A program made the translations under genes and the position numbers. Shown piece by piece: positions 1 to 8,868 of a stretch of 36,800 nucleotides of DNA. The stretch covers positions 1 to 36,800 of the forward strand of contig JAADFO010000028.1 of assembly GCA_013152815.1 (NCBI GenBank), written 5' to 3'. Numbering within the stretch: the stretch's first letter is position 1; each line of letters starts with the position of its first letter. Source of the stretch: Nanobdellati archaeon (GTDB lineage: Archaea; Nanobdellota; Nanobdellia; Woesearchaeales; JAADFO01). Below the pieces are notes generated by a model that saw only the letters and a list, made by a program, of their open reading frames with translations, was not told where the DNA came from and did not search any database.

Positions 1-479
1 TGTTCGAGTTCCTAATCCTGGAAGGAGCGCAGGCCGGCCTGTCCTGGGCGACCATCCTCGGACGCAGGGACACCTACCGGAAAGCCTTTGCCAATTGGGA
101 TGTCAAGAAAGTCGCAAATTTTACCAAAAAAGATCTTGATAGGTTGATGCAGGATACTGGCATCATCCGAAACCGATTGAAGATCCGATCCGCAATTGAT
201 AATGCAAATGCCTTCCTTGCTGTGCAGAAAGAGTTTGGTTCATTCGACAGATACCTTTGGGGCTTTGTCAACAACAAGCAGATCGTCAACACATTCAAAT
301 CTCATGGGGATTTGCCGGCCAAGACAGCATTATCCGACAAGATCAGTAAGGATCTCAAGAGACGAGGCTTCTCCTTCGTCGGTTCCACCATCATCTACGC
401 CTACCTGCAGGCCGTCGGCCTGGTCAACGACCATGAAGTCTCCTGCCCGAGATGGAAAGCCATTCAGCAAAAGCATTAA
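1..479 (+). CDS. tag: DNA-3-methyladenine glycosylase I (5'-truncated by window edge)
   Basis: Frame is open from base 3: FEFLILEGAQAGLSWATIL...GIIRNRLKIRSAIDNA...DLKRRGFSFVGSTIIYAYLQAVGLVNDHEVSC, all hallmark Tag motifs. Confidence 0.95.
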   Translation, partial: FEFLILEGAQAGLSWATILGRRDTYRKAFANWDVKKVANFTKKDLDRLMQDTGIIRNRLKIRSAIDNANAFLAVQKEFGSFDRYLWGFVNNKQIVNTFKSHGDLPAKTALSDKISKDLKRRGFSFVGSTIIYAYLQAVGLVNDHEVSCPRWKAIQQKH

Positions 480-504
480 ATACGTCCTTTCTAACTTTAT
501 TTTC

Positions 505-816
505 ATGAAAACCCTTAGGATGGTCCTTATTATTCTTGCTGCCGTCATCGTTGCGATTCTTTTCATCCGTTGGAACTTTAGCTCGCCAGAAATTGAGATA
601 TCTATCGAGCATAATTCCTGTCAGACAGATGATGACTGCACCTATATCACTTTAGATTGCGGTGATTGTAAACCCGTTCCAATCAACAACGAATATCTTG
701 GATTCTATCATGACCAGAAGAATTGCAATGGTTATCGCGGAGCAATGTGCGATATGTTTATTTGTCCTGTAGCATGTATAAATAATCGATGTGCCTTTGA
801 CTGCCCTGTAGCTTAG
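505..816 (+). CDS. Small membrane-anchored/secreted cysteine-rich protein (103 aa, 10 Cys)
   Basis: ATG at 505 gives MKTLRMVLIILAAVIVAILFIRW (signal/TM), then CQTDDDC...CGDC...C...C...CPVACINNRC...CPVA. The upstream part of the track ORF overlaps tag and is ignored. Confidence 0.75.
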   Translation: MKTLRMVLIILAAVIVAILFIRWNFSSPEIEISIEHNSCQTDDDCTYITLDCGDCKPVPINNEYLGFYHDQKNCNGYRGAMCDMFICPVACINNRCAFDCPVA

Positions 817-855
817 GATTAGACAAAAGCATTAAATAATCAAAATTTTCTAGCA

Positions 856-1332
856 ATGCCTATGGTGAAAAAAGTCCATCTTGATACCCCCCTCGCTGAA
901 CTGACCCTCAGGAAATACGAGAAGCCCCATACGCTTCAAGGCAGAGAACTGGTCAAGAAACTCCTCCTTTCCTTGGGCCTGCTCCAGCCGGGAGATTCCC
1001 GCGATGTCATCGTCGACCTCTTCCTCGTGCTTCTCGAGGAACAGGATCCCTTGACCTCTGAGAAGATCAGGCAGCGGGTCGAGGAGCGACGGAAGGAGAC
1101 AGGCCTTTCTCTGGTCGGCATCACCGGATCCAACATCAGGCGACAGCTCAAACGTCTCAGAGAAGCGTTCCTAGTCGAGAAGGTCGCAGCAAGGTACAGG
1201 ATACTGGAAGGAGAATCCCTTTCAAACCTTTTCGAGGAGAAGGTCGAGACCTATCTGCTCTCATCCATCACCGAACGCATCAAACTCTATCTCAAGAAGG
1301 TGGACGAGCATTTCGGCCGTAACAGCGGATAA
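856..1332 (+). CDS. Conserved hypothetical protein, probable winged-helix DNA-binding fold
   Basis: 158 aa ORF with ATTAAATA box about 20 nt upstream; LTSEKI...SNIRRQLKRLREAFLVEKVAARYRI resembles a wHTH recognition helix plus wing. Confidence 0.7.
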   Translation: MPMVKKVHLDTPLAELTLRKYEKPHTLQGRELVKKLLLSLGLLQPGDSRDVIVDLFLVLLEEQDPLTSEKIRQRVEERRKETGLSLVGITGSNIRRQLKRLREAFLVEKVAARYRILEGESLSNLFEEKVETYLLSSITERIKLYLKKVDEHFGRNSG

Positions 1333-1340
1333 TAAGGGCA

Positions 1341-1568
1341 TTATCTGCCGAGTATCTTCCTCAGCCTGAGTATCCTCGGACGTTTGCACTCTTTGGTCAT
1401 GCCGCTCTTCAATGAGTAGGTATCGTCTCCTCTGAACGGGCATTCATAACGCAGGTCAGAACATAAGTCTAGGTCAAGGCCTGACATGAAAGGACATCTC
1501 TCATCATCCGGCAGATTCCTGATGAACTTCCGGAAAGAATCTTCATCATCACGGAGCGGTTTCTCCAT
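1341..1568 (-). CDS. Small hypothetical protein with 4 Cys (possible Zn binding)
   Basis: GGAGGTG RBS precedes ATG at 1568; MEKPLRDDEDSF...CPF...C...CPF...C. Confidence 0.6.
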   Translation of the reverse strand: MEKPLRDDEDSFRKFIRNLPDDERCPFMSGLDLDLCSDLRYECPFRGDDTYSLKSGMTKECKRPRILRLRKILGR

Positions 1569-1644
1569 CAACACCTCCCTCAGCCTCAACACACACACCA
1601 TGAAGAACCATAGCTATTTAAAGGTTTTTCACAAAACAGGCATT

Positions 1645-2184
1645 ATGGTCTATGAACCACGGGAGGACTCCTATCTTATGGAGCTCCAGGTCAGGAGGCT
1701 TGCCCGCGGCGATGTGCTTGACATGGGGACGGGTTCAGGCATCCAGGGACGCGCAGCCCTCTCCCAGAACAGGGTAAGCAGCGTCCTGTTCAGCGACATC
1801 GACCAGGAAGCCATCGACCGATTGAAGGAAGCTGTCCATGACACGCGCGCCTCTTTCGCGGTCTCTGATCTCTTTGAACGCATCCAGAAGACCTTTGACA
1901 CCATCGTCTTCAATCCTCCTTACCTTCCCGATGACCCACGGGTGAAGGAGACATCCCTTGATGGCGGTCCGAACGGCTATGAGGTGGCTGTCCGCTTCAT
2001 CGGCCAGGCAAAGGCCCATCTGAGAAAAGACGGCATGATCCTTCTCCTCATCAGCAGCCTCACCGGAAAACGCCGGGTGGAACTCGCGCTGCAGGAAAAC
2101 GGATTCATCTTCTCCATCATCGCCGAGAAACACATCGATTTTGAGACACTTTATGTCTATGAAGTCGGAGTCCATCATGATTGA
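1645..2184 (+). CDS. HemK2/Mtq2-family release-factor glutamine methyltransferase
   Basis: MVYEPREDSYL, SAM motif VLDMGTGSG, FNPPY, DGGPNG, LLISSLTG; TATTTAAA box at about 1615-1622. Confidence 0.92.
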   Translation: MVYEPREDSYLMELQVRRLARGDVLDMGTGSGIQGRAALSQNRVSSVLFSDIDQEAIDRLKEAVHDTRASFAVSDLFERIQKTFDTIVFNPPYLPDDPRVKETSLDGGPNGYEVAVRFIGQAKAHLRKDGMILLLISSLTGKRRVELALQENGFIFSIIAEKHIDFETLYVYEVGVHHD

Positions 2185-2791
2185 ATGCAAAGACAAGGCG
2201 GTGTTTGCCAGGGGGAAACGAGGCATCATCTCCACCGCCACCTGGAAAGGGAAAAAGGTCGCCATCAAAGAGAAGAATCCCCGTTCCACCGCAATACACC
2301 GCATCCGGCACGAAGGGAACATGCTCGTCCTGCTGAACAGCCACAAGATCGGTCCCAGGTTGCTCGCGTCAGACGAACTTCAGCTGGTCTACCTCTTCGT
2401 CGAAGGGGAGCCCATCGAGGCATATCTGGCACGTGCTGACCGTAAGCACATCATCCGGGTCCTCGCTGCTGTTTACGACCAATGCCGGACGATGGACCTG
2501 CTGCATATCAACAAGCTTGAGATGACCAATCCCTTCAAGCATATCCTGGTGACAAGAGAACACGACCCTGTCCTCATAGACTTCGAGCGTGCGAAAAGAT
2601 CATTGCGACCGAGGAACGTGACCCAGTTCGCCCAGTATCTCATGAGCAGGAAGATCGGTCGTCTCCTCCAGGAGAAAGGCATAACCCTCACGAAGGAGGA
2701 CCTCATCAGGGCCTGCGAATCCTACAGCCGGGATCCGACCGCCCGTCATTTCGGTGCTGTAAAAGAACGTTCTGGAATGGGTAGGCCGTGA
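2177..2791 (+). CDS. Atypical archaeal Ser/Thr protein kinase (RIO/Bud32-like)
   Basis: ARGKRGII Gly-loop, VAIK, helix-C Glu (HEGNML), LIDFE; overlaps the methyltransferase stop. Confidence 0.8.
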   Translation: MIECKDKAVFARGKRGIISTATWKGKKVAIKEKNPRSTAIHRIRHEGNMLVLLNSHKIGPRLLASDELQLVYLFVEGEPIEAYLARADRKHIIRVLAAVYDQCRTMDLLHINKLEMTNPFKHILVTREHDPVLIDFERAKRSLRPRNVTQFAQYLMSRKIGRLLQEKGITLTKEDLIRACESYSRDPTARHFGAVKERSGMGRP

Positions 2792-3242
2792 AGACACCTC
2801 TGCGGATGTTGTTGAGATACATGGTCACATAATCATGGAGCCTGCTTCCTGAACTGTAGGGCTTTCTCTGGTCTTTCCAGCTGTTCTCCCTGAGGTCCAG
2901 GTCATATCTCTTCAGCTGCCCTGCTGAAGGTGTGCTGGGAAAGCGGACCAAGAAAGGGAAATAGGCATCATCTTCATCGTGCAGATGCAGAGGGTAGCCT
3001 CCAGGATATTCTGCAGCAAGGAACGCGAGGAAGGCCTCTGCATCCCGGAGGTCCTGTTTCCGACGGACAAGGAGGTGACCATACTCTGTTCGATGCTTCC
3101 CCAGAAACGCGAGCTCTGCCTCCAGCTGCGGTATGATACGTTCGAGCGTCTTGTCAGGATGCCTGAAGATGGTAGTCTCGATGGTCTCTGGTATCCTCCA
3201 GAGCGGATTTTCCTCGATGAAGCGTTGACGGTCATCCATCAT
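2706..3242 (-). CDS. Hypothetical protein
   Basis: 178 aa ORF with natural composition downstream of purS; overlaps the kinase 3' end by 86 nt. Confidence 0.55.
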   Translation of the reverse strand: MMDDRQRFIEENPLWRIPETIETTIFRHPDKTLERIIPQLEAELAFLGKHRTEYGHLLVRRKQDLRDAEAFLAFLAAEYPGGYPLHLHDEDDAYFPFLVRFPSTPSAGQLKRYDLDLRENSWKDQRKPYSSGSRLHDYVTMYLNNIRRGVFTAYPFQNVLLQHRNDGRSDPGCRIRRP

Positions 3243-3316
3243 CGACCCCGATCAACCAACCCAAAAACCCAACAGAAGAGCGACGGTGTCTGCCCTTTCC
3301 AGGACAGTTCTGCCGT

Positions 3317-3772
3317 TCAGACGAGCCGGACATATTCCTGATAATGGGGCGTGTAGAGCAGCTCCAGGATGGCTTTCTCTGCCATGCCTATGGGTTCTGC
3401 GTCCCCCTGGGCGAAGAATTGCCAGAGCGTCCCTTTCCTGACACTTGTCAGCTGCCCGAATCCTAGGCGGTCCCTTAACGTATGTAAGAGGCCTCCTTCT
3501 TGTTCCCTGTCAAAGACGATGAACGTGACCCCTTCCCTGAAGACAGGGGCGAGATGGGCATGGTGCTTGTTTGCATTTACGATGATGTCTGTCTTGACGA
3601 TCCGTGATGCAAAGGTGTCCTCCGTGTCTTCCTCATCGACCTCGAATTCATAGTAGTCCATCCTCCTGAGGTCGATGAGCTCGTCATGGCCCAGCCGTCT
3701 CAGGGTCGTCAACGCGCTGAAGGCGGTGTTGTCCGGTATCCTGAGCCCGACCGCAAGCGTGATCTTTTTCAT
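3317..3772 (-). CDS. purS: PurS-like FGAM synthase subunit, double length (tandem domain)
   Basis: ATGA-coupled to purQ; two halves each with a 'L..LG...L..(L/V)R...' pattern; C-terminal LLYTPHYQEY resembles PurS LLANPVIEDY. Confidence 0.7.
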   Translation of the reverse strand: MKKITLAVGLRIPDNTAFSALTTLRRLGHDELIDLRRMDYYEFEVDEEDTEDTFASRIVKTDIIVNANKHHAHLAPVFREGVTFIVFDREQEGGLLHTLRDRLGFGQLTSVRKGTLWQFFAQGDAEPIGMAEKAILELLYTPHYQEYVRLV

Positions 3773-4680
3773 GGTCCTTCTCCCGGGTTTCCTTCTGCAC
3801 CCTGCCTTTCCTCGATATATTCCCGCATGGACCCGAAGATAGGCCGGCCTGGTCCTGCTGCCTCTGCCTCTTCCCAGCCTTCCTGCATCCCCGGCAGCTG
3901 CCGCATGAAGTTGGCTCTCTCGGGGTGGGGCATCATGCCCATGACATTACCTTCGCTGTTGCATATGGCGGCGATGTTCTGCTCTGCCCCGTTGGGATTG
4001 ACCGGGAAATCCTCTGAGATGTTCCCCTTGACATCACAATACCTGAACATGACCTGCCCCTTCTCCACCAGCCTGGCTGCAAGCGTATGATCCTTCGACA
4101 CTAACCTGCCCTCTCCGTGGGCTATGGGCATCCTGATGACCTGCCCTTCCTTGAGAAACCGGTTGAATGCATTCCTCTTCCCGGCAGACACCTTCACCCT
4201 GATCCATGTGCAGTAATATCCGCAGATGAAAGGATTCCTGTTCGGTGCGAGGGCGAACGATGCCCGATGGGTTCCCTGGGCCGTTCCCTTCCCTGCCGTT
4301 CCGAGACCCGGAAGCATCCCTGACTCGGCAAGCACCTGGAAGCCGTTGCATATGCCCAGGACCGGCTTGCCCTTCGCCGCCTCCTTCCTGATCTGTTCGA
4401 CGATGGGCTCTTTCGCTGCGATGGCGCCTGCCCTCACCCTGTCTTCATAGGCCCAGCCTCCCGGCAGGACATAGCCGTCGAACTTCTCAAGAGTCTCTGG
4501 ATCCTCATTCCAGCGGAAGAGGCTCGGTTCCATGCCCGCGGTCCTGATGGCCACCATGGTCTCCTCTTCGCAGTTGTTGCCGGGGAAATAGATGACCGCT
4601 ATCCTGGCCTTCCTGCCTTCTCTCCTGCCGCCCGCTTCATCGGCAGCCCTGTTCTTCCCTGTCCTGTCTGCCGCGTCCAT
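3769..4680 (-). CDS. purQ: Phosphoribosylformylglycinamidine synthase subunit PurQ
   Basis: FPGNNCEEE, PGGWAYED, LGICNGFQVL (catalytic Cys), PIAHGEGR, NPNGA, GMMPHPER. Confidence 0.96.
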   Translation of the reverse strand: MDAADRTGKNRAADEAGGRREGRKARIAVIYFPGNNCEEETMVAIRTAGMEPSLFRWNEDPETLEKFDGYVLPGGWAYEDRVRAGAIAAKEPIVEQIRKEAAKGKPVLGICNGFQVLAESGMLPGLGTAGKGTAQGTHRASFALAPNRNPFICGYYCTWIRVKVSAGKRNAFNRFLKEGQVIRMPIAHGEGRLVSKDHTLAARLVEKGQVMFRYCDVKGNISEDFPVNPNGAEQNIAAICNSEGNVMGMMPHPERANFMRQLPGMQEGWEEAEAAGPGRPIFGSMREYIEERQGAEGNPGEGP

Positions 4681-7076
4681 CAGAAGATGCCTCCCAGTCC
4701 GTTCTTCCAGGCATCTTCCATCTCGTCGACGGTCGCCTCGATGACCTTCCGGTCCTCGTCCCTGACGATGAACCCTTCCTTCGTGGTCCTGCCCAGGTTG
4801 AAGACCTGGACGTCTCTCTTCTCCATGATGGCTGCGAAGGCCTCTTCCTTCCCCTGCCGTATCTCGACGACGATGCAGGGCGTCTCCCCGAACAATGCAC
4901 GGTCCGGCCGGAGCCCGGTGAAAGCGAGATCGACATCGATGCCTCTCCCGCCCTGGATGGCCATCTCGGCGAGCGTGACACCGAGGCCGCCGTCGCTCAC
5001 ATCATGGGCGGCCGCGACCGTCCCCTGGTCGATGGCCTCCAGGAGGCCATAGATCTTGTTCCGTTCCTCGCCATATTCCATCTGCGGGAGGCGCTCTCCT
5101 GCTCTCTCGGTCCCGTCAGTCTTCTCTGCCTGTTCCCTGAGCTCGAGATAGGCAGATCCGCCCAACTCATCCTTCACCCTGCCGAGCAGGACGAGCGTAG
5201 AGCCGGTGCCCTTCAATGATGAGGTCACAGCCTTCGCATAGTCCTTCATCACCCCGACACAGGATATGATGGGAGACGGGTCGACAGAGGAACCCTTTGC
5301 AGACATGTTGTAGAAGGACACGTTCCCCGAGACGATGGGGACCGGGCTCTTCTTCTTCTCTTCAGGATAATAATAGAGGTTTCTCGCCGCCTCGGCTATG
5401 CCCTTGACTCCCAGGACAAAATCCCCGAAGGCCTCTGGAATCTCTGGATTGCCGTAGTTCAGGCAGTCGGTCAATGCCGTCGGCACCGCACCTACGCAGG
5501 CGACGTTTCTCATGGCCTCATGGACTGCGAGCACAGCACCCTGGAAAGGGTCGATGCGGTTGTATCTCGGAACAGAGTCCACGCTCAGGGCGATGCCGAA
5601 GGAGGATCCTCTCAACGGGGCGATGACCCCTGCGTCGGCCTGGCCCGGCGTGATGACCGCATTGCCCTGGACCTCGGTATCATAATGCTTATAGATCTTT
5701 TCACGGGAGCAGATGTTCGGATGGCCGAGAAGCTGCAGGAGGACTGACCGGCAATCCGCAGGTTCAGATAGTGATATCCTGCTGTCCAGGACAGCCTTTC
5801 CTGCCTGTCTGCCGCGTTCCCTGAAAGGACGCTCGTAGCTCACCCCTTTGGTGACCTCGTCGATGGGCGGGTTGCAGACGACCTTCCCTTTATGAGAAAG
5901 GCGGTACTGTCTCTCCTTGGTGACCGTGCCGACCACCGAGGCCTTCGCCCCCTTGGCCACCAGCGGCAATTGGAACTCATCGTTGTAGATCTGCAGCAGA
6001 CGCGGGCTGAAGCTCTTCGGGACTATCCAGCAGAACCGTTCCTGGGTCTCGGCGGCCGCGATGACATGAGGTGTGAGCCCGTCCATGGCGACATGGATCC
6101 TGTCCAGGTCGATGTCGACGCCGAAGCCGGCATCGGACGCCATCTCTGACGTGGCGCACATGATGCCTCCTGCGCCCATGTCCTTGAACCCTGCCGTGAT
6201 ATGCTGTTCCCTGAGCTCCCGGAAGACCTGCCGGCTCGCCCTGATGAGGATGTTCTTCAGGAAGGGGTCGGGCACCTGGACAGCCCCTTTGTTGCTGTCC
6301 TCCTCTTTCTCGTCGAGGACGAGCGAAGCGAAGGCGGCCCCTCCAAATCCGGAGGCGTCGGTCGCCTTTCCCACCACTATGAGGTCATGGCCGTCTGCAC
6401 CTTCCGGTGCATAGGAGTGGATGATGTCCTTTTCCTTTACGAGGCCCATGCAGACCACGTTGACCAGGCAGTTCTCGTCGAAGGAGCCGTTGAAGTAGAC
6501 ATCTCCGGCGATGACCGGCACGCCCAGAGGATTCCCATAGCCCGCTATGCCCTCCACGACCGAACTGGCCACATAGGTCGACCGGTCCCTGTTCTTTCCT
6601 GTGGGATCTCCGAAGCGGAGCGGGTCTGCGCTGGCTATCACCTCGCCGCCCATGCAGAGCACATCCCGCACGATGCCGCCGATGCCTGTGGCAGCGCCCT
6701 CATAGGGGACAACCTGGCTCGGATGGTTATGGGACTCGTGGGAGATGATGATGCCGTAGGTCTCGCCCCGATGCGCTCCCAGGCGCACGATGCCCGAATC
6801 CTCGACCGGGCCGAGGATGACCTGGCTCCCTTCTGTGGGAAGCAGCTTGAGCCATTTCTTGGAGGACTTATACGAAGAATGCTCGCTCCACTGGATGTTG
6901 AAGATGTGCAGTTCGGTCAGGGTGGGATCGCGTCCGAGCTTCGACGGCAGGCTCCTGACCTCTTCCAGCGTCAGTGAGATGACCCGGTCTTTCAGGAACC
7001 GCGACAGCTCTTCATCGCCCATGCTGCTGACCGCGACGATCTGGTCAGCGTCGACCGCATTCATGGCCTTCTCCAT
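4680..7076 (-). CDS. purL: Phosphoribosylformylglycinamidine synthase subunit PurL
   Basis: WSEHSSYKSS, ESHNHPS, GAATGIGGIVRD, VQVPDPF, DMGAGG, ETQER, DCLNYGNPE, SGNVSFYN, HDVSDGGL. Confidence 0.97.
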   Translation of the reverse strand: MEKAMNAVDADQIVAVSSMGDEELSRFLKDRVISLTLEEVRSLPSKLGRDPTLTELHIFNIQWSEHSSYKSSKKWLKLLPTEGSQVILGPVEDSGIVRLGAHRGETYGIIISHESHNHPSQVVPYEGAATGIGGIVRDVLCMGGEVIASADPLRFGDPTGKNRDRSTYVASSVVEGIAGYGNPLGVPVIAGDVYFNGSFDENCLVNVVCMGLVKEKDIIHSYAPEGADGHDLIVVGKATDASGFGGAAFASLVLDEKEEDSNKGAVQVPDPFLKNILIRASRQVFRELREQHITAGFKDMGAGGIMCATSEMASDAGFGVDIDLDRIHVAMDGLTPHVIAAAETQERFCWIVPKSFSPRLLQIYNDEFQLPLVAKGAKASVVGTVTKERQYRLSHKGKVVCNPPIDEVTKGVSYERPFRERGRQAGKAVLDSRISLSEPADCRSVLLQLLGHPNICSREKIYKHYDTEVQGNAVITPGQADAGVIAPLRGSSFGIALSVDSVPRYNRIDPFQGAVLAVHEAMRNVACVGAVPTALTDCLNYGNPEIPEAFGDFVLGVKGIAEAARNLYYYPEEKKKSPVPIVSGNVSFYNMSAKGSSVDPSPIISCVGVMKDYAKAVTSSLKGTGSTLVLLGRVKDELGGSAYLELREQAEKTDGTERAGERLPQMEYGEERNKIYGLLEAIDQGTVAAAHDVSDGGLGVTLAEMAIQGGRGIDVDLAFTGLRPDRALFGETPCIVVEIRQGKEEAFAAIMEKRDVQVFNLGRTTKEGFIVRDEDRKVIEATVDEMEDAWKNGLGGIF

Positions 7077-7127
7077 GCGTCTTTGAGAATGTGGAACGGT
7101 TTTATAGGTTTCGCTTCATAGACTGGC

Positions 7128-7907
7128 TTAGTCCCGGGGGCTGATCGAGCAGTTCCCCGGCGGCATCATATGCATGACCTCATCCAGGTCTGCCTTGAAC
7201 CTTCTGGCGACCTGTTTCGCTGCATCGCTCTTCTTCATCTCTCCCTGATGGAGAAGAAGGTAGTCTTCTGTCTGCGCCTTCACTGCAGACAGCGGTCCGG
7301 ACACCACCCTGCCGTCTGCCACGCCGATGGCGATCTCCATCTTCACGTCCACATAATTGGTCTTGCCCCTGATCATGAAGGCCCCTCTGGGCAGGAACTC
7401 TCCGGGATTCGGGGTCTTGGAGACCTGCTCCGGCTTCACCCAGAATGTTGCCAGGGTGGTCAGCCCCTTGGTCCATCCCCTCGAGAATGATGCGGTGGCA
7501 TCCGCTGCTTCCCGGATGCTCGGCTCTTTGGGCTGCTTTCCCCCTGTCTTGATGACAAAGAACGGCGACCCTGCCATGTCGGTATGGAAGACGAGGTCAT
7601 CCTTCTCGACGTGCTTCTTGACGATGATGTCATTGGAGGTGGCATCCCGTCCGCCGATGACCAGAAAACCTTCTGACGTGAAGAACCATCGGTATTTCTC
7701 ATACCACTCTTTCTTCCGTGTCTTCTTGACCTCCTGCTTCTCGGCGAGCACTGACCGGAATCTCGCCTCCTTCTCGGCGAGCCGCTTCTGAAGCTTCAGG
7801 ATGGCCTCTTCCGCCCCCTTTACTTTCTTCTTCATCTTCTTGGCCTTCTCGAAATAGGCAGAAGCGTTCTGTTCAGCGGTCTGGTCGTAGAAGAGCGTGA
7901 GTCTCAT
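7128..7907 (-). CDS. Short NFACT RNA-binding (DUF814) protein: C-terminal half of the Rqc2/NEMF family
   Basis: NASAYFEKAKK, WYEKYRWFFTSEGFLVIGGRDATSND, FHTDMAGSP, QVSKTPNPGEFLPRGAFMIRGK; start taken at ATG 7907. Confidence 0.9.
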   Translation of the reverse strand: MRLTLFYDQTAEQNASAYFEKAKKMKKKVKGAEEAILKLQKRLAEKEARFRSVLAEKQEVKKTRKKEWYEKYRWFFTSEGFLVIGGRDATSNDIIVKKHVEKDDLVFHTDMAGSPFFVIKTGGKQPKEPSIREAADATASFSRGWTKGLTTLATFWVKPEQVSKTPNPGEFLPRGAFMIRGKTNYVDVKMEIAIGVADGRVVSGPLSAVKAQTEDYLLLHQGEMKKSDAAKQVARRFKADLDEVMHMMPPGNCSISPRD

Positions 7908-8025
7908 CGTTTTAGCGGTTTCAGTGCAGAAACAGGGGCAGTACATAAAAATGTTTTGCCCAGCACCGTTCATGCCTTTTATCCATGGGCAGGCCCGGTC
8001 CCATCAACGGCAGCCCTTCTAAAGT

Positions 8026-8823
8026 CTAAAGCAGCGGTGGCTGTCCCCCATAGAGCACCTTGAACTTGCCGTTCTTGAACTCCAGGGTCCATACGTCGTT
8101 GTTGCAGTTGGTCGCGCGCATCTTGACCACCGAAAGCTCCCTCGTGACCTTGCGCTGCCGTTCGGTGAGTTCCAGGAGGATGATGCCGTCGGCAAGGTAG
8201 TCCTCCACCTCGAACTGGGAATACTTCGACCGGTCCAGGGGCATCTCTGAGATGAGGAACGAGGTGATGCCTGAATCGCGCAGGAACTCGAAGATGTGGA
8301 AGAGCGCGGCTCTCGGATGCTCGAAATGGGTCAGCACATAGAGCGCAGACATGGAGTCCAGCACGAAATGGTCCAGCGTGTTGGCTTCTTTCATCCTGGA
8401 GATGATGTTCTTGATGACGTTGAGCCAGTCTGCCGATGGGCCCATCTCCATGCCTTTGACCTGTTTGCGGATGGCTGCAACATCGGCAATCACCAGGTTT
8501 CCCGATTGCTTCATCTCAGACATCTTCTGGGTGAGTTTTGCGATGTCGTTGATGAGCACGATGTTTACCTTGCTCAGGTCATAGCCCAGATTATTGATAT
8601 GCGCAAGGAGCGATCGTGATGACTGCTCCAGCGAGATATAGAGCGAATTCTTCCCTGCGAGGGATTCGTTGTAGAGGATGTTGAAGCAGAGACTGGATTT
8701 CATGGTCCCCGCAGAGCCGGATATGAGCGTGATGTTCCCTTTGGGGATGCCTCCCTGCAGATTGGCGTCGAGGGATTCGACATAGGTGGGAACGCGTTCA
8801 ATGGTTGGGTAGTCAAGGGCCAT
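8026..8823 (-). CDS. KaiC/RAD55-family RecA-superfamily ATPase (single domain)
   Basis: RVPTYVESLD...GGIP, Walker A variant GSAGTMKSS, YISLEQ, Walker B FVLDS, YLADGII, RELSVVKMR; AGGTGA RBS favours ATG 8823 (8829 is the alternative). Confidence 0.9.
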   Translation of the reverse strand: MALDYPTIERVPTYVESLDANLQGGIPKGNITLISGSAGTMKSSLCFNILYNESLAGKNSLYISLEQSSRSLLAHINNLGYDLSKVNIVLINDIAKLTQKMSEMKQSGNLVIADVAAIRKQVKGMEMGPSADWLNVIKNIISRMKEANTLDHFVLDSMSALYVLTHFEHPRAALFHIFEFLRDSGITSFLISEMPLDRSKYSQFEVEDYLADGIILLELTERQRKVTRELSVVKMRATNCNNDVWTLEFKNGKFKVLYGGQPPLL

Positions 8824-8868
8824 TATCATTCACCTTCGTTTTTTTTCTTTTCTTGGATCGTCCATCCC

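Noticed and set aside
802..816. C-terminal CPVA as a CaaX prenylation signal for the prenyltransferase-like protein
   Set aside because: The protein looks extracellular and disulfide-bonded, lies 20 kb away, and none of the operon proteins ends in a CaaX motif.
6201..6977. 258-aa plus-strand ORF (and similar antisense ORFs at 11089-12012, 15205-16161, 17134-17889, 32127-32870)
   Set aside because: All lie opposite well-supported genes and show no independent coding signal.
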